Shown: positions 18,499 to 27,200 of the stretch, in pieces | How positions within the stretch are numbered: the stretch's first letter is position 1 | Layout of the letters: each line of letters begins with the position of its first letter | DNA from: a virus | IMG/VR virus record: IMGVR_UViG_3300047094_002472 | Strand: one strand, 5' to 3' | Length of the DNA: 64,000 nucleotides | The notes under the pieces: generated by a model | The model's database searches: none | The model's input: only the letters and a program-made list of their open reading frames with translations | What the model was told of the DNA's origin: nothing | Program-made: the position numbers and the translations under genes

Positions 18499-19617
18499 TT
18501 ATTTTTTATTTTTATGGGTTATCCGTAGAATATCTAAACAGGTATTATGCCACGTTCTATTGGTCATTTTTTCTACTCCGGATGGATTAGACCTAATTTC
18601 ATTTTTATAAACGTGTCTCATATAATCAATAGTTTCGTCTAGCACCGACTGGTCCAGCTTTGCCCAATTACTCTCCCCATATAGTATTCTGTTATCGTAT
18701 GCTTTTTCTTGAGATCTTATATTGGCCCTATAAAGGTGTTCACTTTCAGGATACTCAGCAACAACCCCGCACTGTGTAGCTATTACAGGCTTGTTCATAA
18801 CCATAGCCTCAGATATGCTTGTGCCGGTAGAGCATACTCTTTGTGGGGATAACAAACAATCTGCTGATAGGATGAAATCAGCCATATCGTATTGGGTTTG
18901 TAATCTATTGTATAAAAATATTTTTTCCTTATGTGGTATATTATCTACCAAAGACAACCACTTATTTGTTTCTTCTTCTGTTAAAAAATCATTAGTTGGT
19001 AATAATCTAAGTTCGACATTATCTGTCTTTTTGAAAGCAAGACTAAATGCCTTAATCAAGAAATCATGACCATTACTCAGAGACCACTTACCAGTAGAGT
19101 AGAATATATAGTTATTATTAGATCTATCAGCTACTTGTTCTGGAACAGTGAAAATAGATCTATCAACTCCTAGAGATATCTTGTGTATTGGAACTTTTAT
19201 CTGATTCTTAATCAGTATATCTTTTGCCCAATCAGAGCTGACAAAAATTCCGTCTGTGTAGTTTAGGTGATGCACTTCTGAGGCCGTTAGATAGTCTGTG
19301 TCCGGTATCACTAAAGAGTAATACTTACCTTTTCCTGGTCTAGTAGCCAGATCATGGGGATGCCATATCTTAAGTGCTGGTGCTCTATAATTAAATTGTC
19401 TACTATATTTTATAGCCCCAGAGCAAATATCTGCTTCTTCTGTGCTATTAAATAACAACTTGCCGTCTATAAGAATAGGAAATAAAGAGGTGTCTATATC
19501 TATGCCCCTAAAGCCCTTTAAGATGCTCATAGAAATAGAACCTAAATTATCCCCGCCTATAGGACACATTAGGTTTAGTTGTTGTTTTTTAGTGGTTTTT
19601 ATTTTAGTTTTACTCAT
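18499..19617 (-). CDS. GT4-like glycosyltransferase, degenerate
   Basis: LGVDRSIF, GKW...GHD.LI.AF, ISEAMVMNKPVIAT. Confidence 0.7.
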   Translation of the reverse strand: MSKTKIKTTKKQQLNLMCPIGGDNLGSISMSILKGFRGIDIDTSLFPILIDGKLLFNSTEEADICSGAIKYSRQFNYRAPALKIWHPHDLATRPGKGKYYSLVIPDTDYLTASEVHHLNYTDGIFVSSDWAKDILIKNQIKVPIHKISLGVDRSIFTVPEQVADRSNNNYIFYSTGKWSLSNGHDFLIKAFSLAFKKTDNVELRLLPTNDFLTEEETNKWLSLVDNIPHKEKIFLYNRLQTQYDMADFILSADCLLSPQRVCSTGTSISEAMVMNKPVIATQCGVVAEYPESEHLYRANIRSQEKAYDNRILYGESNWAKLDQSVLDETIDYMRHVYKNEIRSNPSGVEKMTNRTWHNTCLDILRITHKNKK

Positions 19618-20746
19618 GGATTTTATTATGTGTGTTATTTACCTGTATGAATGTAGTTTTTTTGCCAAAATCTTTTATTTTGGACGCACCGATATATGTA
19701 CATGCACTTCTCAGTCCACCAAAAATATCTAATAAAATTTCTTGTACTGGTCCCTTGTATGGTATGGTAACGCACCGTCCTTCGCTGGTTCTATAATTAG
19801 CCACCCCGTTGTGGTGTTTTTCCATAGCTTCTTTTGAACTCATACCATAAAACCTAAGATTCTTTTTACGTTTTTCTGTTTTATATCCTGGGTTATGCGA
19901 TTGCCACCACTCACTGTGTACGGATTTATCATTATTAATAATAGAGCATCTATACTCATGAGACCACTCACCTTCACACTCTTCGCAGCCTGCAAAAAAA
20001 TTGCCACACATTACAAAGTCTGCGTTAGTACCAAAAACCTTACAAATATCTCCTACGTATCTACAGCCTCCATCCCCGCAGATATGTCCTCCAAGACCAT
20101 GAGCCGCATCGGAACACTCTAAACAAGCAGAGATTTGACCATATCCGACACCTGTTTTTAGTCTTGTTGTGCAGACAGATCCTGGGCCTATACCTATCTT
20201 GATAATATCTACTTTTCCATGTAGTAATAATTCCTCTACCATTTCCGGTGTTACTACATTACCCGCCATTATAACTATGTCTTCGTATAACCGACGAATG
20301 TGGGCTACTGTTTTTACAAATTTTTCACTATAACCATTTGCTACATCAACGCACAAATTAGGTAGAGGACAACCTCTATCTCTTAGACTATTAAAAACAA
20401 ATGTTAGTTTTTCTATATCACTTGCGGATGTGCCGGTGGAATAGAAGGTTAGTTCTTTATGGTCATTTTTACTATTACAATAGTAATCTATTAAGGTTTC
20501 TGGTTTATAATGTTTATGTAGTGCTACCATGGCTTGATTATGACATACCACATCGGCCATAGCAAATGTGCCAGTTGTATCCATATTTGCCACAATAACC
20601 GGTATAGCAGAAAATCTTCTTGGTGAGTGCAAAAACTTGAAGTCTCTTACTAAGCAAACCTCGGATCTGCTAGATAGTGTGGATCTTTTTGGTCTAATTA
20701 GAACATCATCAAAATCAAGCTTTAGTTCATTAATAATTTTTTGCAT
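19610..20746 (-). CDS. guaC: GMP reductase
   Basis: LDFDDVLIRPKRSTLSSR, DVANGYS, KIGIGPGSVCTTR, FYGMSS, GGLRSACTYIGA. Confidence 0.95.
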   Translation of the reverse strand: MQKIINELKLDFDDVLIRPKRSTLSSRSEVCLVRDFKFLHSPRRFSAIPVIVANMDTTGTFAMADVVCHNQAMVALHKHYKPETLIDYYCNSKNDHKELTFYSTGTSASDIEKLTFVFNSLRDRGCPLPNLCVDVANGYSEKFVKTVAHIRRLYEDIVIMAGNVVTPEMVEELLLHGKVDIIKIGIGPGSVCTTRLKTGVGYGQISACLECSDAAHGLGGHICGDGGCRYVGDICKVFGTNADFVMCGNFFAGCEECEGEWSHEYRCSIINNDKSVHSEWWQSHNPGYKTEKRKKNLRFYGMSSKEAMEKHHNGVANYRTSEGRCVTIPYKGPVQEILLDIFGGLRSACTYIGASKIKDFGKKTTFIQVNNTHNKIHE

Positions 20747-20747
20747 A

Positions 20748-20954
20748 TTACTGAGTTCTTTTCATAAAGTTATCTGTGTCGTAACATTTCCATGTTTTGT
20801 GGTCATCAAAACCTTGTTCACTAACGCATATTTTGGGTCCGGTCATAATACCCCTGCCCTTATAGTGTTTCAATGCCGCTAGTATAGCTGACTCATGATC
20901 TGGAGAATCTATAATGTATTTGATTTGTCCAGACTTAACATAATATTTTGGCAT
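20748..20954 (-). CDS. hypothetical protein
   Basis: Tightly packed ORF. Confidence 0.5.
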   Translation of the reverse strand: MPKYYVKSGQIKYIIDSPDHESAILAALKHYKGRGIMTGPKICVSEQGFDDHKTWKCYDTDNFMKRTQ

Positions 20955-20955
20955 A

Positions 20956-21486
20956 TTAAACCGAAAAAAAATACCATCTTTTATAGGTATCTATGTTTTC
21001 TGCAGAGTTGATGTGGGATAGATACTCTTTTATGTCGTTCCATGAAGAGAATATCGTTTGGTGAGGAATTGTGCCAAAGAGCCAGTCGGGAGCATTAATC
21101 TTGCCTTGTTCCATATGAACAATAATGGGTTTCTTCTGACGATTGGCCCAAAAAATTTCTTCATATGTTCCGCATGGGTGAATATCTAGATTTAAATTAA
21201 CCACTAAAAAATCGCTTATGTCAACCAATCTAAGATCAACTCTACGAATCACCTTCATCATTTCGGCTAGTTCGTCATATCTTTCTTTTTGCTTTAGTTT
21301 GGTTTTAATAATATGAGAATCGTGGTCTTCCATTCCGGTTGTGGTAGGCTTTGTAATGGGATTAAAAACAACCACACCCATATCTTCCAAGAATGGAGTT
21401 ATATTATCCCTCCATGTGGTTCCTCTATCCGGCACCCTATCCATCGCACCGGCCAAATAAACTCTTTGATTTTTAAGTCTATTCAT
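20956..21486 (-). CDS. nucleoside 2-deoxyribosyltransferase-like / nucleotide N-hydrolase
   Basis: VYLAG, VFNP, DLRLVDISD, GTYEE...A..QKKP. Confidence 0.75.
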   Translation of the reverse strand: MNRLKNQRVYLAGAMDRVPDRGTTWRDNITPFLEDMGVVVFNPITKPTTTGMEDHDSHIIKTKLKQKERYDELAEMMKVIRRVDLRLVDISDFLVVNLNLDIHPCGTYEEIFWANRQKKPIIVHMEQGKINAPDWLFGTIPHQTIFSSWNDIKEYLSHINSAENIDTYKRWYFFSV

Positions 21487-21632
21487 TGTGTCCTTTTATC
21501 TAGAAAAAGAAATCCCGCTAAGTTTGAAGATGGTTCTGTTCCTGAGATCAACCCATTATGGGTTCTAGATAACATGGTTCCACCCTCATACCAGCCAACT
21601 ATCATAGCAATCAATAGTATATAAAACATTCT

Positions 21633-21866
21633 TCACTCTTCTGGAGATAGTAGTCCGGACGAAAGAACAATTTCTTCTGTTTGTGGGTTCTTAACTACTG
21701 TTTGTTCTACTCCAGCTGTTGATTCTATAATTGAAACAATCTCTCTTGGATTGGTCAGATTTTGTAGGCTACCTAGTAGTTGGTTAACACTCTCCGCAGA
21801 AGATTCTGATACTGTGGTTACTGATACTGTGTAGTTGTTTAGTAGAAGGTTTAGGGTAGTTGACAT
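21633..21866 (-). CDS. hypothetical protein
   Basis: AGGAG SD. Confidence 0.5.
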   Translation of the reverse strand: MSTTLNLLLNNYTVSVTTVSESSAESVNQLLGSLQNLTNPREIVSIIESTAGVEQTVVKNPQTEEIVLSSGLLSPEE

Positions 21867-21881
21867 TCATGCTCCTTTGCT

Positions 21882-22187
21882 TTATTGTTGTTGGTTTATG
21901 GTATCTATAATAATGGACGAAACTAAAGAATAAATTTCTTTCTTTTCATGATTTGTGTAGCCTAATGAGAGGTCTTCGGTCTTTTCAAAAGAAAATCCTG
22001 GATAATATTTATTACAAAGACCATTAATAAAATTAACACTAATTCGTTCATCAATAATTTTTTTGTGTGATATTAGGTGATTAATTTTTTCTAGAACTTC
22101 GGGGGTTTCACCATACTTGCGTTCTAGCCTATTAATTAGCCATACCAAAAATTCTTTGCATTGTTGATTGTTCATCTCTTGCTCCAA
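21882..22187 (-). CDS. hypothetical protein
   Basis: ORF. Confidence 0.5.
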   Translation of the reverse strand: MEQEMNNQQCKEFLVWLINRLERKYGETPEVLEKINHLISHKKIIDERISVNFINGLCNKYYPGFSFEKTEDLSLGYTNHEKKEIYSLVSSIIIDTINQQQ

Positions 22188-22224
22188 AAGTCTTGCATTA
22201 GTGTAGCGTATGGATCTTTTGGTG

Positions 22225-22797
22225 TCAAGTCTTTTTGTTTATGTCGTAGATGAATACTTGGAAATCACTCCAGATATCATCTATTAGATCGCTAATAAAA
22301 CCCCAGTTACCACCAGCAAGACCGCTACCAAACTTTGGAGCATGTATTTGTACTGACTGATCGGTATTTATTTTTTCTTTAATATATTTGGATACTGATA
22401 GCATGGATCTGCATAAGGCCAAATAGTTTAACGGCCTTTTATTTCTTGGAGATATTGTTCCATTTTGAGATATCATATTGGCAAAAATAATTTGATTATT
22501 ATTCTTTTTATGTTCTCTTGCAAGTATAAACTGTGAGTATCCGAGGTTTTTCTTTAAAAAGGATGGTCCTAGCATATGATAGTTATCTCTAACGATGGGA
22601 TAATGCTGTACTATTCCTGCTGTAAAACCACCACCAAAAACATCAACATTATTGCATACGTGTGGAACAATAATAGTAGTGCTGTGAGAGCTAGATAATA
22701 TTAAACGGTCTAACGATAAAAAAATATCATCTTTTATAGTTGAAAATGTGTGCTGTGGTATAGAGGCCGTTTTTTTCATAAGTCTCTCCGTTTTCAA
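22225..22797 (-). CDS. macrodomain protein (ADP-ribose hydrolase-like)
   Basis: HVCNN..VFGGGF, NMISQ, IHAPKFGSGLAGGNW. Confidence 0.85.
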   Translation of the reverse strand: MKTERLMKKTASIPQHTFSTIKDDIFLSLDRLILSSSHSTTIIVPHVCNNVDVFGGGFTAGIVQHYPIVRDNYHMLGPSFLKKNLGYSQFILAREHKKNNNQIIFANMISQNGTISPRNKRPLNYLALCRSMLSVSKYIKEKINTDQSVQIHAPKFGSGLAGGNWGFISDLIDDIWSDFQVFIYDINKKT

Positions 22798-22800
22798 AAT

Positions 22801-22829
22801 ATAATAGGAGAGGCCAGCAGCTTAGTCAA
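22801..22829 (-). promoter_or_regulatory. sigma70-like promoter
   Basis: TTGACT-17-TATTAT. Confidence 0.55.
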
Positions 22830-22912
22830 GATCTACGACTTATGGGTAAGGGTGTTAGAACTATAGCTAAAACACTATTTTACGATTATAATAATATGTA
22901 TCTATTTTCTTT

Positions 22913-24253
22913 TTAAGAGCATGCTGGCTCTTCTGCATCGATAGAAACATATTCATCTCTAGTTGATACCACCACGAAGTTTATGTACGAACATCGTTGT
23001 TCGACAAAAAATTCTGCTTCTGAGCAACACTCCCCTTGATTTGAGGGTCTGAAACCAGCAATAATTTCTGGTATGTTGCTAAAAGAGTTTGGTATATGTG
23101 TTATTAAACTAATTGTGTATCTGATTTGCTGCTGAGATTCTATATATTCTGCCCCACTGTATATGTCTAGCGTGGGAGCAACCTGATAGGTGGATGATTG
23201 AATAGACACTTGTTCCGGTGAGCCTATACTTTGGGGGTTAACAATATCACATACTTTGGAGGGGCAATCAACTAAGCATATGCCTCTGTCGTCGTTTTCG
23301 TATGGTTCACAGCATTCTTTATTGTTCGGGCAGTCAGAGTCTGTGTTGCAGCACGGCTTTTCATTAATGCCTGCGGTTGCGTGTGGTCCACAGCAGCATT
23401 TCCAGCCGCCGTACCCGGCTATGGTACCGTCTCCGTTATAGTTTGTGACTCTAACTACGGCTCCTCTACAATCCGAGCATAACAAACCCCTCTTGCAAGC
23501 ATTATAGGCTCCAGGCCAGATACGACCATCGACTGCGAAGGCTTCCCAGGGATATTGTGTGCCTGGACCTATAGCAACACCAGCTAGTTTGCAATCTTTA
23601 GTCCATGAGTCTCCGGGTGGTGGGGGTGGAGGTATCTGTGGTTTGGGTAGTGGTACGCCGCCGCCGCCACCAATTCCGCCTCCACCACCGCCTGGGCCTC
23701 CGCCACCATCGCCATCTCCGGGTGGGTCTTCATAGCCAGGTGGTGTTATTTCGCCTCCCCAACCAGCGCCCGGCCACGGGTCCTCTTCTTCTGGAGGAAA
23801 GCCGCTTCCAGAGCCGCTTCCTGAGCCAGATGAGCTTTTACTGGGGCCACTACCCGATCCAGAACTGCTTCCGCTTCCGGACTTACCTTCGCCGTCCCCG
23901 GATTTGCCAATACTTCCTGATCCAGATCCGCTATTTGACGAGCTGCTAGAACCACTTCCAGATGAGCTAGAACAACCACAGTCTCTACAACAATCATCAT
24001 AGTTTTCATATGTACCATCATCGGCCAGAATACATCTTGTTTCTCCAAAAAAATCAGTGTCACACTTCCATGCAATATTAAATGGTGTGGTGGTTGGGCC
24101 AAAAGTGGTGGTTGGGCCAAAAGTTGTTGTTGTTGTTGTTGTTGTTGTAACTCCTATACATTCTTCTTGAGTTAAATATGGTCCACCAATAATATCATAT
24201 ATTGATTGATCTATAGAAGAAACAGATGAATATATACAGTTTTGGCAACTCAT
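22913..24253 (-). CDS. Cys-rich low-complexity (T/S/G/P) protein
   Basis: Poly-Thr, GS and poly-Gly/Pro linkers between Cys clusters (CCNTDSDC...ECC). Confidence 0.7.
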   Translation of the reverse strand: MSCQNCIYSSVSSIDQSIYDIIGGPYLTQEECIGVTTTTTTTTTFGPTTTFGPTTTPFNIAWKCDTDFFGETRCILADDGTYENYDDCCRDCGCSSSSGSGSSSSSNSGSGSGSIGKSGDGEGKSGSGSSSGSGSGPSKSSSGSGSGSGSGFPPEEEDPWPGAGWGGEITPPGYEDPPGDGDGGGGPGGGGGGIGGGGGVPLPKPQIPPPPPPGDSWTKDCKLAGVAIGPGTQYPWEAFAVDGRIWPGAYNACKRGLLCSDCRGAVVRVTNYNGDGTIAGYGGWKCCCGPHATAGINEKPCCNTDSDCPNNKECCEPYENDDRGICLVDCPSKVCDIVNPQSIGSPEQVSIQSSTYQVAPTLDIYSGAEYIESQQQIRYTISLITHIPNSFSNIPEIIAGFRPSNQGECCSEAEFFVEQRCSYINFVVVSTRDEYVSIDAEEPACS

Positions 24254-27200
24254 GATTCTGGTCCTAATGTAATTATTTTTGTAGGCCTGTGGTTTGGTCT
24301 AGAGCAATTAAGTTTTATTTTTGATGAGTCTTCTATATTGGATACAGAAAACTGTGCTCCTCTAGCAAAGGTTGGACAACCCTCGCCTTCTGGGTTTATA
24401 GCTTCATACCCCATATCTACTAAATTCTGAATTGTTATTGATGATATTATATAATTTATTGCGGTGTCAAAATAACCAACCATAATATCGTTAGATAATC
24501 CTGGATAAGAATCGCGGTCTCCAAATGGTGCTGTTGAGGCTGGCCTAAATAGGTCTTCCCAGTGTCCTGATGGGGTTCCAGCTCCTCCTGTATTTTCTAA
24601 AGGTATTTTTGTTCTTGGCCAAGGCTCCATGTTTAGATTAACGTTGGGAAATGCACATTGACAATATTTTCTGACTGCTTTTTCATAGAGATTGTATGTG
24701 TTTGGCTGGGTTTCTCTAAGTAAGAATTGATTATCTATTAACCCATTTTCACTAACCTCTATATTTGTCCATAATGTACCTATGCCTATGGCATGTCCTA
24801 GTTCATGAACAAGAATTACTATTTTTTGAGCATTATTATAATTATTCCAGAATGCCGTATTTATCCATATATCAAACTCCACAGAGGTTCTTTTTATTGG
24901 ATTATTTCCGATAGGACCTGTTTCGCTAACAACAGCACAAGAAGCTATCCAGTTGTCTGTGGGATTATTGACCGCTTGAAAGTCTACTAATTCTATACCA
25001 TTCCAGTCTGGTCTAAAATTTCTAATATAGTTTGTATTTGCACCAGAAACACGCAAGTTCTGCATCCATCTGTTTGCGGCTTGAGTTAGTTGGTTTCTGA
25101 TAGTTGTATTAGCAATGAGACTAAAAGAGCCGGTATTGAATGCCGGGGCAGGTGGGGGTGCGGGGGTTGTTGTTGTTGGACGGGATAAGAATAGTTGTCC
25201 AGGCATTGCTACCGCTGAATATGGGCTATATCCATTTCCGATGCGGTTAACGCTGATTCTAAAACTGAAACTACCAAATCCTATATATTCTGTTAGTCCT
25301 ACTAAAAAGATGGTTCCTTGAGATCCTGGAGTGACACAAAGAGTGTACCCGCCAGAACAATTCGATGTTGTACTGAAATCAGTCTCTCTATAAAGGATAA
25401 TTCCACCTAAATTATTCAGGCTTGTCCATGCAAGAGCAACAGCTCCGGGTTTTGGTTGTTCTCCGACAGCTGGAGTATAGTAGTATTGTATGTCAACGTC
25501 TGGAGGTCCGCTGTACGCATATGACTGATTTACAGGATAATTAAATGTCAATTTGGCTTGTGTTGGATAGGCTGCTCCGCTGGGGATAAGATTTGATGTT
25601 GACCAAACTAGATTTTGAGGAGTGGGACTTGGGGTGGTTGTTGGGGGAATTGTAGTTGGTGCTATCGTTGTTGTAGTTGTTGGACGAACAGTGGTGGTCG
25701 GGGCTACTGTGGTTGTTGGCGTTGCTGTGGTTGTGGTTGTTGGCGTTGCTGTGGTTGTGGTTGTTGGCGTTGCTGTGGTTGCTGGGCCACTAGTTGTGGT
25801 TGGACTGCTTGTGGGCTGGCTTGTTGGTCCGCTTGTGGGCTGGCTTGTTGGTCCGCTTGTGGGCTGGCTTGTTGGTCCGCTTGTGGGCTGGCTTGTTGGT
25901 CCGCTTGTGGGCTGGCTTGTTGTTTCTATTAATTTAACGCAGTACCAAGCTGGTGGATCTATAGTTGTGGTTGGGCCAACCGTGGTGGTAGCTTGGCTGC
26001 AATTAGACTGTGAACAAGAAACACCTCTAATGTAATTGGTTTCTATGGTATCTGGGAACGGAGAATAGCACTGCTGCTCTGTTATATTGTTTATGCAGTC
26101 GATAAATGTTCTTTGTCCTGTACCTAGATTAACGCTGAAATAACAACAGGCGCTTCTCGGGTCTAGTGTTGTGGTGGGACCACCCGTAGTGGTTGGACCG
26201 CTTGTGGTTGGAACGCCCGTTGTGGTTGGACCGCTGGTGGTAGTTGGACCGCTGGTGGTAGTTGGACCGCTTGTGGTTGGAACGCCCGTTGTGGTTGGTC
26301 CGCTGGTGGTAGTTGGACCGCTTGTGGTTGGAACGCCCGTTGTGGTTGGACCGCTGGTGGTAGTTGGACCGCTGGTGGTAGTTGGACCGCTTGTGGTTGG
26401 AACGCCCGTTGTGGTTGGACCGCTGGTGGTAGTTGGACCGCTTGTGGTTGGTCCGCTGGTGGTAGTTGGACCGCTTGTGGTTGGAACGCCCGTTGTGGTT
26501 GGTCCGCTGGTGGTAGTTGGACCGCTTGTGGTTGGAACGCCCGTTGTGGTTGGACCGCTGGTGGTAGTTGGACCGCTTGTAGTTGGTACGCACCAATTAA
26601 TATCTGAGCAAGACTGCTGGGCGTAGAAGGTTTTTCCGTTCTGTGGTCTACATCTAGGAGCGGTCTCATTATTTGTGCAATTATTTTCTCCTTCACAACA
26701 CGCTCCGAAACATGCGCTTGTTGGTAATGCGGACTCGCATTCGGCCTGAGAAACATATTCTCCATTGCTGTTTACATAACTTGGCAGCTCGTAGCAGTGT
26801 GGTAATACCTCTATTGCATCTCCACAGGTTATTGACCATCTTTTTGGTATACTTGTGGTGGTCGGGCCGCCCGTGGTAGTTGGACCAGTCGTTGTGGTTG
26901 GACAATCTGCGCATTCTAGTTTAAAACAACCATTAATACTTACTAAATTATATCCGCAATTATTAATGCATGGTGGAACACTAATTGGCGGACAGGGGGT
27001 ACTTGTGGTAGTTGGGCCACTGGTAGTTGGAACGCTCGTGGTGGTTGGACCGCCAGTTGTGGTTGGGCCACTGGTAGTTGGAACGCTCGTGGTGGTTGGA
27101 CCGCCAGTTGTGGTCGGGCCACTGGTAGTTGGAACGCTCGTGGTGGTTGGACCGCTGGTTGTGGTTGGGCCACTGGTAGTTGGAACGCTCGTGGTGGTTG

